Of a stretch of 64,000 nt of DNA, positions 1 to 12,616 are shown piece after piece. Position numbers and translations under genes: made by a program. Numbering within the stretch: position 1 is the stretch's first letter; each line of letters opens with the position of its first letter. The stretch spans positions 27,653 to 91,652 of the forward strand of contig JBJHAW010000003.1 of assembly GCA_050485185.1 (NCBI GenBank). Direction: 5' to 3'. This DNA comes from Planctomycetaceae bacterium (GTDB taxonomy: Bacteria > Planctomycetota > Planctomycetia > Planctomycetales > Planctomycetaceae). Below the pieces are notes generated by a model. The model did no database searches. It was given only the letters and a program-made list of their open reading frames with translations, and was not told the DNA's origin.

Positions 1-1
1 T

Positions 2-1618
2 GTGGATTATCCACAACGGGGAGCCATGGAACCGGAGGTGATCGAGTTGCGGGATGGTCGCGTGTTGATGCTGTTCCGCACGCAATTGGGCCACATCGGA
101 GCCAGCTATTCCAATGACGGAGGCGAGACCTGGAGCGAACCAGGCTCGTTCGGTGTCCGTGCTCCAGAGTCCCCCGCCACACTCCGCAGAATTCCAGCCA
201 CGGGGGACCTGCTGCTGATCTGGAACGACAATCACGAACCGGGACAGGGACACAGCGGCAAGCGAACCCCGCTGAGCGTGGCGATCAGCAGCGACGAGGG
301 AAAAACCTGGCAGCATCAAAAATCGCTGGAAACCGATCCCACACTCGGCTACGCCTACACCAGCTTGATGTTCACACAGGGACGCGCCGTGCTGACGTAT
401 TACATCCTCGATGCGGGCAGCAAACACATCTCCTCGCGCTTTCGCTCCATTCCGGTCGGCTGGTTTTACGAAGCAACGGACGCAGAGTCGGTCTCGGCTT
501 TGGATGCTGCTGATGTATCCCCAGCCGAGCCCTCTGCTCTATTTCAAACGCCTCCCACTCCTCCCGAACGAGTGCTGACGCTGGCTCCCCGCGAGAACAA
601 TCCGCGCAACAGCGAGGGGGATTTCATCGAGTTGGCGGACGGGCGGTTGATGTTCATTTACAGCCATTTCGAAGGCGGGGCCGGCGATCATGCCTCGGCC
701 AGTTTGAAGGCGCGGTTCTCCAAAGATGGGGGGAGCACCTGGTCCCAAGAGGTTCGCGACATTGTGAGCGACGAGACGGGCATGAATGTGATGTCGGTCT
801 CTCTGCTACGACTCCACAGCGGAGAGATCGCCCTGTTTTACCTGCGCAAGCACTCCCTGACCGACTGTCGACCACGCCTGCGGCTCTCACGCGATGAGGG
901 AGCAACCTGGAGTGAGCCGATTGATTGCATCACCGATGAAGTCGGCTATTACGTGATGAACAACGACCGGGCGGTGCAACTGCAGAGTGGTCGCCTGGTG
1001 TTGCCGGTCTGTTTGCACCATAGCGAACGTCATGCCGAGCCGGACTGGAAAGGCGAGGTGACGACTTATCTTTCGGATGATCAGGGACGGACCTGGCGGC
1101 GTGGTCAAAGTCTGTTGCGTGCCCATTCGGAAGACGGTCGTCGTTGGACCGCCCAGGAACCGGGCGTGGTGGAACTGTCCGATCAGCGGGCTCTGCTGTA
1201 TGCCCGCTCCGATGCCGGGTGCCAGTTGGTTTCTTTCTCCGAGGATGGCTGTGAAACCTGGTCCCCTTTTCGCGAATCCTCCATACGCTCTCCCCTCTCC
1301 CCTGCGACCATCGAACGGATTCCTCAGACGGGAGAGCTACTGCTGGTTTGGAATAATCATGCCGACATCCCCGCTGAACTCAAGGGGAAGCGGACTCCCC
1401 TGACAGCCGCCATTTCCCGCGACGAGGGTGAGACCTGGGAGCAAGTACAAAACATCTGGCAAGATCCGCACCGCCATTACTGCTATACGGCCATTACCTT
1501 CGTGGGCGAACATGTGTTGCTGGCTCATTGTGCGGGGGACCGACGGGAAAATAATGGGCTGGCGGAGACCCATCTCACTCGCTTTCCCGTTTCCTGGCTG
1601 TACACTACCGGGGAGTAA
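2..1618 (+). CDS. BNR/Asp-box sialidase-family (exo-alpha-sialidase-like) protein, two tandem domains, 5' end outside window
   Basis: Seven Asp-box motifs (SNDGGETW, SSDEGKTW, SKDGGSTW, SRDEGATW, SDDQGRTW, SEDGCETW, SRDEGETW); duplicated EPxV, PATxxRIP and KRTPL motifs. Confidence 0.85.
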   Translation: MDYPQRGAMEPEVIELRDGRVLMLFRTQLGHIGASYSNDGGETWSEPGSFGVRAPESPATLRRIPATGDLLLIWNDNHEPGQGHSGKRTPLSVAISSDEGKTWQHQKSLETDPTLGYAYTSLMFTQGRAVLTYYILDAGSKHISSRFRSIPVGWFYEATDAESVSALDAADVSPAEPSALFQTPPTPPERVLTLAPRENNPRNSEGDFIELADGRLMFIYSHFEGGAGDHASASLKARFSKDGGSTWSQEVRDIVSDETGMNVMSVSLLRLHSGEIALFYLRKHSLTDCRPRLRLSRDEGATWSEPIDCITDEVGYYVMNNDRAVQLQSGRLVLPVCLHHSERHAEPDWKGEVTTYLSDDQGRTWRRGQSLLRAHSEDGRRWTAQEPGVVELSDQRALLYARSDAGCQLVSFSEDGCETWSPFRESSIRSPLSPATIERIPQTGELLLVWNNHADIPAELKGKRTPLTAAISRDEGETWEQVQNIWQDPHRHYCYTAITFVGEHVLLAHCAGDRRENNGLAETHLTRFPVSWLYTTGE

Positions 1619-1764
1619 GCCATCACTCCCACAGACATTCCGCGTGTGGATTTTCGCTGGGTGACAGCGAGTTCGGCAGCAACGCCAGATTCGCAGTGTG
1701 ATCCACGAACACAATCAGGCATTTCACGCCCTGCTCAGATCCGCCAGCCCCTCGTACCTGCACA

Positions 1765-2055
1765 CAGGCTGTGAATTTTCCGTAGGGTCCGCTGTGCGGA
1801 CCGTTTATGTGGTATCGATTCCATATTTGTATCACAACGGATCGTACCGGGTTCCACGCAAATTCCTGCGACTCAAATTGTGACTTTAACTTTGTTGGGA
1901 CACCACAGTAATGGTCAGCACAGAAGCTGTGAATTTTTTGAATTTGCGGACATTTCTACACAATATGTTGTGGCCGAAATGCTGCGTGGAGACCACAGAA
2001 ATGGTCCGCACAGCGGACCCTACGAAAAATTCACAGCCTGACAGCGGACCCTACG
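1765..2055. repeat. REP-like element family A, copy 1 (GTAG-tagged palindrome GTAGGGTCCGCTGTGCGGACC with 90-bp module)
   Basis: 38-bp terminal inverted repeats 1765-1802 / 2003-2040 (1 mismatch); module 1923-2012 is very similar to 34111-34200. Confidence 0.85.
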
Positions 2056-2124
2056 AAACATTGATCGCCACACAGCGTTCCTCACCGAAGCATCGAGACG
2101 ACGGGATACGAAAGGAAAGATCCG

Positions 2125-3480
2125 ATGAACGAACAATTTCCCGAACATCAGACGGAATTCCAGGAATTGCTGTTGCGTGAGGACTGGGATGGCATTGTGA
2201 CGCTGTTCGAACGCTTGCATCCCCATCTCATTGCAGAGTCCCTGAGCCCGCTACGAGATGAAACCGTCTTGGCGATTATCCACAGATTACCTCTGCCCAA
2301 GAATGCGGAGGTGATCAGCTATCTGGATTTCGAGCAGCAGATTCGGTTGATGTCTGCTTGTAGTCCGCAAGAAGCCGCCGCTTTTTTGAATCACATGGCG
2401 GCTGATGACCGGGTCGATTTGATGCAGAAACTCGATCCTGCCACCCAGCGAGCCATCTTCGAGGAACTCGATCCTGTGGTCCGTCGCGATATTGAACGGT
2501 TGGCGATGTACGAGGAGGGCTCGGCTGGGGCCGTGATGAGCACCGATGTGGTCACGCTGCAGGCGACACAAACTGTCGAACAAGTGCTGCAACGTCTCCG
2601 CAGCCTGGCCAGCAAGCAGGAAACGATCTACTACAACTACGTGGTGGATGAGCGGGGCAAATTGCTGGGGATTGTCTCGCTACGTGCGCTGATCCTGGCC
2701 GATCCTCAGACGACCATGGCAGATCTGATGAGCACCAACCTGGTGTTTGCCTGGGTGAATGACGATCAAGTCGAGGTGGCCCGCAAAATTCGCGAGTATG
2801 GATTGCTGGCCCTGCCGATTCTGCATGGGGATCATCGGTTGGCGGGCGTGGTCACCGTGGATGACGCCCAGGAATTCAACGAGGAGGAAGTGACCGAAGA
2901 CTTCCACCGCATGGCCTCCATCGGGCATCTGGAGATGGGACTCCGCGAGGCCGGGGTGGCTTTGTTGTATCGCAAGCGAATTCCCTGGCTGATGGCTTTG
3001 GTCTTTTTCAACATTTTTTCCGGGGCCGGGCTGGCCTATTTTGAAGACACCATCAAAGCGTATGCGGCATTGGTCTTCTTCTTGCCTTTGTTGATCGACA
3101 GCGGCGGTAATGCTGGGGCACAGTCGGCAACCCTGATGATTCGCGCCTTGGCCTTGGGAAATGTGGGATTGAAGGACTGGTTCGGGCTGCTCATGAAAGA
3201 GATGGCCGTTGCGATCCTGATTGGTGGTACCATGGCCCTGGGGGTCGGATTGATCGGCTGGTTCCGGGCTCCCGAGGTCATGCTGGTGATCTCTGCCACC
3301 ATGATCCTGACCGTCTTCGTGGGAAGCCTGGTCGGCATGCTGTTGCCATTCCTGCTGACTCGCTTGAACCTCGACCCGGCCACCGCCTCCGCACCGCTGA
3401 TCACCTCGGTGGCGGATGTGTTCGGAGTGTTGATTTACTTCAGCATCGCCACCTGGTACCTGGGCCTTCCCTTCCCATGA
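2125..3480 (+). CDS. mgtE: Magnesium transporter MgtE
   Basis: MgtE_N + CBS pair (YEEGSAGAVM, IYYNYVVD) + TM domain with SGGNAGAQSAT and LDPATASAPLITSVADV. Confidence 0.95.
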   Translation: MNEQFPEHQTEFQELLLREDWDGIVTLFERLHPHLIAESLSPLRDETVLAIIHRLPLPKNAEVISYLDFEQQIRLMSACSPQEAAAFLNHMAADDRVDLMQKLDPATQRAIFEELDPVVRRDIERLAMYEEGSAGAVMSTDVVTLQATQTVEQVLQRLRSLASKQETIYYNYVVDERGKLLGIVSLRALILADPQTTMADLMSTNLVFAWVNDDQVEVARKIREYGLLALPILHGDHRLAGVVTVDDAQEFNEEEVTEDFHRMASIGHLEMGLREAGVALLYRKRIPWLMALVFFNIFSGAGLAYFEDTIKAYAALVFFLPLLIDSGGNAGAQSATLMIRALALGNVGLKDWFGLLMKEMAVAILIGGTMALGVGLIGWFRAPEVMLVISATMILTVFVGSLVGMLLPFLLTRLNLDPATASAPLITSVADVFGVLIYFSIATWYLGLPFP

Positions 3481-3500
3481 AGGTACTTCCCATCCACTGG

Positions 3501-3708
3501 CAGGCTGTGAATGATTCGTAGGGTCCGCTGTGCGGACCATTTTTGTGGTATCCACGTAGCATTTCGGCCACAACATATTGTGCCGAATTCCCCGTCAATT
3601 CCAAAAATTCACAGCTTCTGTGCAGACCATGCATGCGGTATCCACGCAATACATTCTACCCAAAGTAGCGTGCCGCATTTCATTTGCGCACGACAAATTC
3701 ACAGCCAT
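3501..3708. repeat. REP-like family A, copy 2 (two 90-bp modules, reverse orientation)
   Basis: caggctgtgaatgattcgtagggtccgctgtgcggacc followed by modules 3529-3618 and 3619-3708. Confidence 0.85.
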
Positions 3709-3738
3709 TGGTCGTGGGAGCCTGGGGCTATTGGCCTC

Positions 3739-5073
3739 TTAACAGGCTTTCAGAGCCCGGGTTAAGCGGGCGATTCCCTCGGCGAGTTGAGTCTCGTTCT
3801 GGACGCCGAAACTGAGGCGCATAGTGCGCGAGGCCTCTGGGTGATCGCGGTCCGCATAGAACAGTTCCCCCGGCACATACATGACTTGTTCGCGATTGAC
3901 GCATGCGTGAAACAGAGGCCCATCGAACCGGGTGTTGCAAGCCTCGGTCTGCGGCAGAGTCAGCCAGACATACAGTCCTCCGTTCGGCCAAGTGGCGGAA
4001 ACGCCGGGCATATCGAGAATTTCCTGCTGAAGCGCTTCCCAGATGGCGTTCCGCTTGCTTTCGTAAGAGGTCCGTAACCGCGCGACGTGTTGCTGGTAGC
4101 GCCCCGTGCGAATCAGATCGAGCACCAGGAATTGGGCTAGGTGGGGCGATCCGAAATCGTGCACCGACTTCAAATCCGTGACCGGCTTGACCAGTGCCGA
4201 GGGAAGAATTCCCCAACCGGTGCGCAGCCCCGGGGCCAGCGATTTTGAGAAGGTTTGCGTGAGGATCACCCGTTCCCCAGAGTCATCAAGCAACAGGCTT
4301 GAGGGGGCCGGGGCAGACTCGAACCACAACTCGCGGTAAGCGGCATCTTCCAGCAAATAGATGTACTGGCGGTCCGACCAGTGTTCAAGCACGCCCAGCA
4401 GGTCTCGCTTGCGTTGCTCCGAGAGACTGGCTCCACGTGGATTATCGAAGTAGGAGACCAAGTACAACAGCTTGACCCGCTGGAGTTCACCCGTTTCCTG
4501 GAATTGTTCGAGTTGCTTATTCAGTGCGGCGGGGAGCATCCCCTGTTCATCGCAATCCACTCCCACGGCCTGGACACCGGCGGCTTCCAGAGTGCTCAGA
4601 TACACGAAATACGTCGGGTTGCCCACCAGGCAGATGTCTCCGGGATTCAACACCGCTTGCGTGACCAGATCGAGAAACTGCTGCGACCCGGTGGTGATCA
4701 GGCAGCGTTCGACGGGGATTGTCCAGTCCCCAGGCGAGCCCCCTTCCAATTCGCGGAGGTACTCAAGCAGAGTCCGTCGCAATTCCAGGGAACCAGATGT
4801 GGTGCCATACTGCAGTGCTTGCCGGGCCAGGGAGGGATCGCTCAATAAACGTTCCATTCCCACGCGAGCGGCCGTGATCGGCAGAGAATCGTAATCGACC
4901 AGGCCAGCCGCCAGCGATAAACAGTCCGGATGATCGACTCCCTGCTGCATGAGATAGCCGATCTGCTGCCGAGCCGCCCAGGCTCCACGCAAACTCCCCG
5001 GTGTCTCTCCGGTTGCAAATCCCGAGGAGGCCTCCTTGACTAACGCTGGCTGTGTGTCGTCCGAATTTTTCAT
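3739..5073 (-). CDS. PLP-dependent class I/II aminotransferase (LysN/ARO8-like)
   Basis: LQYGTTSG, ITTGSQQFLDL, YFDNPRG, EDAAYREL, TFSKSLAPGLRTGW (PLP lysine). Confidence 0.88.
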   Translation of the reverse strand: MKNSDDTQPALVKEASSGFATGETPGSLRGAWAARQQIGYLMQQGVDHPDCLSLAAGLVDYDSLPITAARVGMERLLSDPSLARQALQYGTTSGSLELRRTLLEYLRELEGGSPGDWTIPVERCLITTGSQQFLDLVTQAVLNPGDICLVGNPTYFVYLSTLEAAGVQAVGVDCDEQGMLPAALNKQLEQFQETGELQRVKLLYLVSYFDNPRGASLSEQRKRDLLGVLEHWSDRQYIYLLEDAAYRELWFESAPAPSSLLLDDSGERVILTQTFSKSLAPGLRTGWGILPSALVKPVTDLKSVHDFGSPHLAQFLVLDLIRTGRYQQHVARLRTSYESKRNAIWEALQQEILDMPGVSATWPNGGLYVWLTLPQTEACNTRFDGPLFHACVNREQVMYVPGELFYADRDHPEASRTMRLSFGVQNETQLAEGIARLTRALKAC

Positions 5074-5175
5074 GCGTTTCTTTCCATTTTCTCCGTCCCC
5101 GAACTCACCAAAGGATGATGGACCCAGATCGGCCCGGGATGTTCACGAGAAAAGTGGAAAACCTGTTTCCCGCAG

Positions 5176-6024
5176 TCAATTCCAGCGGGTGACTTCGCTG
5201 AATGCCAGCCGGATTTGCTGCTGCAGTGTTTCCTGTTCCGGTTCGGGAGCGCTGGGGAGTAACCGCCGCAACAACGCCAGAGCCTCGCCAGGACGACCAG
5301 CTTTCAAGGAGATCAGGGCTAAGTCCCTGCGCGATGCATACTGGGCCGGATTCAGCAACAACAAGCGATTCTGGATTCGCAACGCATGTGCCCATTGGTG
5401 TTGTTCGACGTACAGCACCTTTAAATTGTTGAGCATGCGGTGAATGATGGCTCGGTGCCCGACCGGTTTCATGCCAGATCGAGCATCTCGGCGGGAGCAG
5501 TCTGCAATGGTTTGAATCCAGTCCACGCATTCGTCGTAGCTGAGGAAGTGCCCGGGCGTGTAGGCATCGACAAACACAGGCCCCTCGATTGTTTCCAGTC
5601 GTGTCAGGAAGTGAGCCGGAGTTGCCACTCCCTGTAGATCAATCCCTGCCCGCCGCGCCACCGCCAGGTAGGCGATGCTCAGGCTAATGGGAATTCCCTG
5701 CCCGGTCTCGATCACGGAATTCAGAAAACTCCCTTCGGCATTCAGGTAGGCCTGACTGGCTCCCCTTAAGCCGTGTCTTTGTCCCAGCCACTCGGCCAGA
5801 ACTTCCGCTTGCCCTGCAGGAGTGCGGCAGGCATACAGTTCCCGACGAATTTCATCGGCCCGCTCGTCAATCCATTGCAGGGAATGATCGAAGTCCAGGT
5901 CCGTGTAATAATCGCGCGCCAGTTCCAACGCCGCCAGGGTCAGGTCCACCTCATCCTGGCGATCGCACAACTTGAGAAATTCACTGTCCTCGCGAAACTG
6001 CTCGCGAATATCGGAAAGGTTCAT
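5176..6024 (-). CDS. SirB1-family transglutaminase-like/TPR protein
   Basis: Y..AEGSFLNSVIETGQGIPISLSIAY, GVATPAHFL, RMLNNLK, C-terminal TPR-like helices. Confidence 0.8.
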   Translation of the reverse strand: MNLSDIREQFREDSEFLKLCDRQDEVDLTLAALELARDYYTDLDFDHSLQWIDERADEIRRELYACRTPAGQAEVLAEWLGQRHGLRGASQAYLNAEGSFLNSVIETGQGIPISLSIAYLAVARRAGIDLQGVATPAHFLTRLETIEGPVFVDAYTPGHFLSYDECVDWIQTIADCSRRDARSGMKPVGHRAIIHRMLNNLKVLYVEQHQWAHALRIQNRLLLLNPAQYASRRDLALISLKAGRPGEALALLRRLLPSAPEPEQETLQQQIRLAFSEVTRWN

Positions 6025-6229
6025 GATAACCCGTGAATCCTGTTCAATCCCTTGGGAAACCCCACAGAAGCCTCCGCATCCCCTGATGCAGACGTCGTTT
6101 CCGCGGAAGAAAAACCTTGGCTCCCTCCACCTAGCATCCTACCGCGAAAAGCCCGGCAAGACAATTCGACTTTTTCCTCCCCCTTCCCTACAAATGGCCA
6201 ACTCCAGCGGGGAGGAAGCCTGCCCTGAG

Positions 6230-6607
6230 TTAATGGGCTGAATTTCCGCCTGCTGAAAAATCGCTGGGAGTCAACGGGAGTGGATAGTCCGTGATGGGGA
6301 CCCGCTGATGAATGACCTCCCGCAACCGCACCCAGGCGGCAGTGACTTGGGATTCCCGAGCTTGGCGGTCGGCTGGTGATAACTGGAATTTGCTGGCTGG
6401 GCCACTCACTGCGGGAGTCGCGAATTTCTCATGGACGATGTACTGTGCCAATTCGGGATCGCAGAGCAGATGGCGTTCACGGCGGGTGAATAATTCGTGC
6501 AACGGAACTTCCCGCAGGACATACCGCACATACAGCGCGCTATCGAGCATGTTGGGAACCGGTTCGCCGCACACTTCGCACCGATACCCCTCGTCACAGG
6601 CAGCCAC
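6230..6607 (-). CDS. Conserved-looking hypothetical protein with N-terminal Cys cluster (MAACDEGYRCEVC)
   Basis: GTG start at 6607 with AGAGGA RBS upstream; the longer ORF-track start runs through repeat DNA; resembles planctomycete hypotheticals from memory. Confidence 0.65.
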   Translation of the reverse strand: MAACDEGYRCEVCGEPVPNMLDSALYVRYVLREVPLHELFTRRERHLLCDPELAQYIVHEKFATPAVSGPASKFQLSPADRQARESQVTAAWVRLREVIHQRVPITDYPLPLTPSDFSAGGNSAH

Positions 6608-6793
6608 AATTACGTCCTCTATTCGAAACTCACCAGGGAAAACCGAGGGGCCAAGTCGCCTCGACGAAACGCCCCGCAGCCTCATTGTAACGGGTTCGTC
6701 ATTAGGCCCCCTCTCACCTGCAAATGTTACCCGGGCAACGCTCGCATGCCCAGCGCGGCTTAAGCCACAACCAAGAGGGTCCCTTTTTTCAGT

Positions 6794-6851
6794 GAGCCGC
6801 GGGTGTTTGTGGATAAAGACTGGCTTACCAGCGGCTAGCGCCTTGCCGCTC
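6794..6851. repeat. Palindromic repeat family F, copy 1 (left-truncated)
   Basis: agccgcgggtgtttgtggat...ttaccagcggctagcgccttgccgctc matches the reverse complement of 44868-44936. Confidence 0.7.
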
Positions 6852-6873
6852 AGGTAGGCTGCAGAAGTTGGAA

Positions 6874-7004
6874 GGCACGCCACTGGGGGCAAGTTGTTGG
6901 GCTAGTTTCCAGAACCAGCGAGAGCCACCAGCAACAACTTGACCCCAGCCATCCCCCCGGGCGAAAAATTTGCGCAAGCAGCAAAGCCTTAGAACGTTCG
7001 TGGC
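6874..7004. repeat. Repeat family B, copy 1 (131 bp; internal inverted repeat ctgggggcaagttgttg / caacaacttgaccccag)
   Basis: Colinear same-length copy at 12688-12818. Confidence 0.8.
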
Positions 7005-7007
7005 ACA

Positions 7008-7121
7008 GCAGCTGTGAATTTTTTGAATGCGGGTGGAATCTGTCACAGTATCTTGTGGTTGAGATGCTGCGTGGATGCCACAGGAATGGTCTGCACAGCG
7101 GACCCTACAAAAAATCACAGC
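7008..7121. repeat. REP-like family A, copy 3 (one 90-bp module + REP)
   Basis: Module 7008-7097 ending ggtctgcacagcggaccctac. Confidence 0.8.
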
Positions 7122-7152
7122 TTCACAGCAGATCTTGTCTGCTGTGAAGCTG
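7109..7152 (-). terminator. Rho-independent terminator of icd
   Basis: Perfect 15-bp stem cagcttcacagcaga / tctgctgtgaagctg followed by a T-run on the minus strand. Confidence 0.7.
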
Positions 7153-7181
7153 TTGATATGGACCGGAGGTGGAGGCGATGT

Positions 7182-8666
7182 TTACTCGCCTTGTCCTAGG
7201 GAGTAGGTTTTTTCGCCGTCGAATTTGCAGAGGTGCTCGGTCTTGATGAAATCGAGCCCTTCATCAAGCACACCCTGCAGGCAGCTGATGATTTCCTGAT
7301 GCGTCATGGTGGAGTCGTCGGCTTTCAACACGCGGCAGCGCCAGTGATCGGTGCAGAAGGTTTCGGAGAAGCCTTCGGGGTACACTTTCACGCCCCGGTT
7401 GCTGATCATTTTCAGGGTGGTGCCCGGCACTTTCGAGATGGCCCGTTCCATCCGTTTTCCGATGACGTTGGCGTCCCGGTTTTCTTCGTCCCAATAAACG
7501 AAAATGTCGCAGCCGATCAGCTCTTTGTTCTTGGGCTTGGCGGTGGCTGCTTTTTTAGCCAGGGATGTGGTGGCATTGTATTTCACCGGATTCAGAGATT
7601 CCGGCAACTGACCGAGGCGGCTGATGACGGCATCGGCGAATTCCTTGGTGCCGACTTTCTCCTTGCTGATCCCTTCCTGGAAGATGTCGTACGTATGGAT
7701 GCCATCCTCGAGGGTTTTCAGCCAGGCGTTGTGCACTTTCTCGGCGACATCTGTCTGACCGATGTGCACCAGCATCATCACGCCCCCCAGGAGCAGACCG
7801 GAGGGATTGGCCAGGTTCTGGCCAGCGCGGCGTGGAGCCGACCCGTGAATCGCCTCGAACATCGCACATTGTTCGCCGATGTTCGCAGAGCCTGCCAGAC
7901 CCACACTCCCCGCGATTTGGGCAGCCACGTCGGACAGGATGTCTCCGTAAAGGTTGGGCATCACGATGACATCGAAAATCTCCGGAGTATCGGCCAGCTT
8001 GGCGGCACCGATATCGACGATCCAGTGCTCTTTTTCGATGTCGGGGTACTCGACACCGATTTCATCAAACACCTTATGAAACAGGCCATCGGTCAGTTTC
8101 ATGATGTTGTCTTTGGTGAAACAGGTGACCTTCTTGCGGTTGTTCTGGACGGCATAGTCAAACGCGTACCGAATGATTTTCTCGCAACCCGGTCGGGTGA
8201 TCAGTTTCAGACACTGCACCACTTCCGGCGTTTGTTGATGCTCAATCCCGGCGTAGCAGTCTTCTTCGTTCTCGCGGACAATGACCACATCCATCTGCGG
8301 ATGCTTGGTGTCCACATACGGATGGTAGCTGACACAGGGGCGAATGTTGGCATACAGGCCCAAAGTTTTACGGGTGGTGACATTCAGAGATTTGACCCCG
8401 CCCCCTTGCGGTGTGGTGATGGGGGCTTTGAGGAACACCTGGGTCCGCCGCAGGCTATCCCAAGCCTGCGGGGCAATGCCCGCAGTATTGCCCTTGGCGT
8501 ACACTTTTTCACCGATCTCGATTTCCTCGATATCCAGTTGAGCACCTGCGGCCTCGAGAATCCGCAAGGTGGCATTCATGATTTCCGGGCCAATGCCATC
8601 CCCATGAGCCACGGTAACGGGAACTTTTTTGTGAGTGCTGTCTGCTGCCATCGATTTCTCTTCCAA
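7182..8666 (-). CDS. icd: NADP-dependent isocitrate dehydrogenase (long C-terminal type)
   Basis: GDGIGPEI, LKAPITTPQGGGVKSLNV, NLYGDILSDVAAQIAGSVG, FEAIHGSAP. Confidence 0.93.
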   Translation of the reverse strand: MEEKSMAADSTHKKVPVTVAHGDGIGPEIMNATLRILEAAGAQLDIEEIEIGEKVYAKGNTAGIAPQAWDSLRRTQVFLKAPITTPQGGGVKSLNVTTRKTLGLYANIRPCVSYHPYVDTKHPQMDVVIVRENEEDCYAGIEHQQTPEVVQCLKLITRPGCEKIIRYAFDYAVQNNRKKVTCFTKDNIMKLTDGLFHKVFDEIGVEYPDIEKEHWIVDIGAAKLADTPEIFDVIVMPNLYGDILSDVAAQIAGSVGLAGSANIGEQCAMFEAIHGSAPRRAGQNLANPSGLLLGGVMMLVHIGQTDVAEKVHNAWLKTLEDGIHTYDIFQEGISKEKVGTKEFADAVISRLGQLPESLNPVKYNATTSLAKKAATAKPKNKELIGCDIFVYWDEENRDANVIGKRMERAISKVPGTTLKMISNRGVKVYPEGFSETFCTDHWRCRVLKADDSTMTHQEIISCLQGVLDEGLDFIKTEHLCKFDGEKTYSLGQGE

Positions 8667-9024
8667 GGCTGTGTGCTTAAAGTGACGGTTGCTGAAGGTT
8701 TGATTTTTCGTGTTCGAACAGTTTGAAGCAAGCAGTATTAACGCTCACCGGACCCTCGTCAAGGAAGGGGACCCGACCGGCGGTGTTTACACTCCCTTCC
8801 GCAGAACCATCTCGCAAAAAATGCCCGCATTCTCCCCTTGGGCGATTCCTCGGCAGGCTGCGTGAAATACAGTGCTATTAAGACCCTCCTCGACATCGGC
8901 ATCGCACCTGCATTCCTGCCCGGGAGGGATTTTTATTGTACAGGTGATTGCGTGAGGGTATCCGCCGGCGTAATTTAGGGGCTTCGACCAACATCTGACG
9001 AGACATCTACAGGAACGAGACGGA

Positions 9025-11661
<2,637 letters not shown>

Positions 11662-11707
11662 AGGAACTGATACCCAGCGTGGCAGTGCTTTGTGACAGCT
11701 ATAATTC

Positions 11708-11783
11708 GTGTGCCACTGGCTATGCCAGTGCTTCGCAAGTTGGGCTTCCACAAATAGTTGCACTGGCGGAGCTAGTGGCACAC
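11708..11783. repeat. Inverted REP doublet, family E
   Basis: gtgtgccactggctatgccagtgc ... gcactggcggagctagtggcacac. Confidence 0.7.
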
Positions 11784-12055
11784 GGCCCCGAAATTAAGTT
11801 GTAACAAACCAACAAACCACTAGGGGCCGTGTTGGAGATAGCGGAGCGGGGCTCGCGCAAAGCCGATGGGCGTCCTCTGCGGGGGAGACTCCGGCCTCGC
11901 GAGTTCGCGAGGAGAGTCGTCCCTCGTGTGAGGACGCCCATTTGTAGGCAGAACAGTGGCGAATTCCGCGATTCCACTTTTGGCTCAACGGGGATCGGTC
12001 GGACTGTTCTCGAAAAGCAGTCTGGCAGTGGCCCCGCCGGGTGTCGCCCCGTCGA

Positions 12056-12355
12056 TTAGAACACGTCCAGATGGAAGTGGTACCCTTTGTAGTAGGGCTT
12101 TTCGGTCGGATAGAAGTTGTACCAGTTTTTGTTGTACACCGGAATTTGCATTTCGGGCGAATACCTGTAGTACATGTGGTCATGACTTTGGTACTGCTGG
12201 AAGTTCTGCGGATAGTACAGGTAGGGGTAGTAATAGAAGCGGTTCCAATCCGTGGGCTGGCCACGGCCTTGGGCGTTGGCCTCCGTTGCGGACAGACCAC
12301 CCACCATCAGCATCGTGCCTGCCAGCAGGCAAGCCAGGGCCAATCGACGAAACAT
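12056..12355 (-). CDS. Small secreted Tyr-rich protein
   Basis: ATG 12355 with AAGGAG upstream; signal peptide ending EANA; 16 Tyr in the last ~64 residues. Confidence 0.8.
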   Translation of the reverse strand: MFRRLALACLLAGTMLMVGGLSATEANAQGRGQPTDWNRFYYYPYLYYPQNFQQYQSHDHMYYRYSPEMQIPVYNKNWYNFYPTEKPYYKGYHFHLDVF

Positions 12356-12616
12356 CCTTGTTCTCCTTGGGTACGGGACCATCCCTGCGGTCAAGCGATG
12401 GAGCCAGAAACAAAACTCGGACGGCAGATGCCGTGATATTCGCAGTCTTCACGTATCATCGACCATTCGCCCGCCCCTACATCAGGAAAGTTTCGTACAA
12501 CCGTTAATCTCAGCAGAGGGACGCCGCAGGGACTTTGTAGAAAATACACCCAGGTAGCAGTGGCAAACAGCCGAACGCACAGCGCGGCTTGAGCCGTAAC
12601 CCAATTGCCTAGGGGG

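Noticed and set aside
3511-3765. 30-aa periodic peptide CADHFCGIH...KIHSF read from family-A modules (also 6825-7118, 33922-34149)
   Set aside because: The same frame has a TAG stop in copy 1 (CADHFCGLHAAFRPQHIV*) and there is no consistent start; treated as a by-product of non-coding repeat DNA
7233-8726. 497-aa plus-strand ORF, and similar long antisense ORFs at 16674-17837, 19548-20714, 26140-27696, 29718-31046, 36309-37349 and 48699-50051
   Set aside because: Each lies opposite a well-supported gene and has no recognisable motifs; typical shadow ORFs of GC-rich coding DNA
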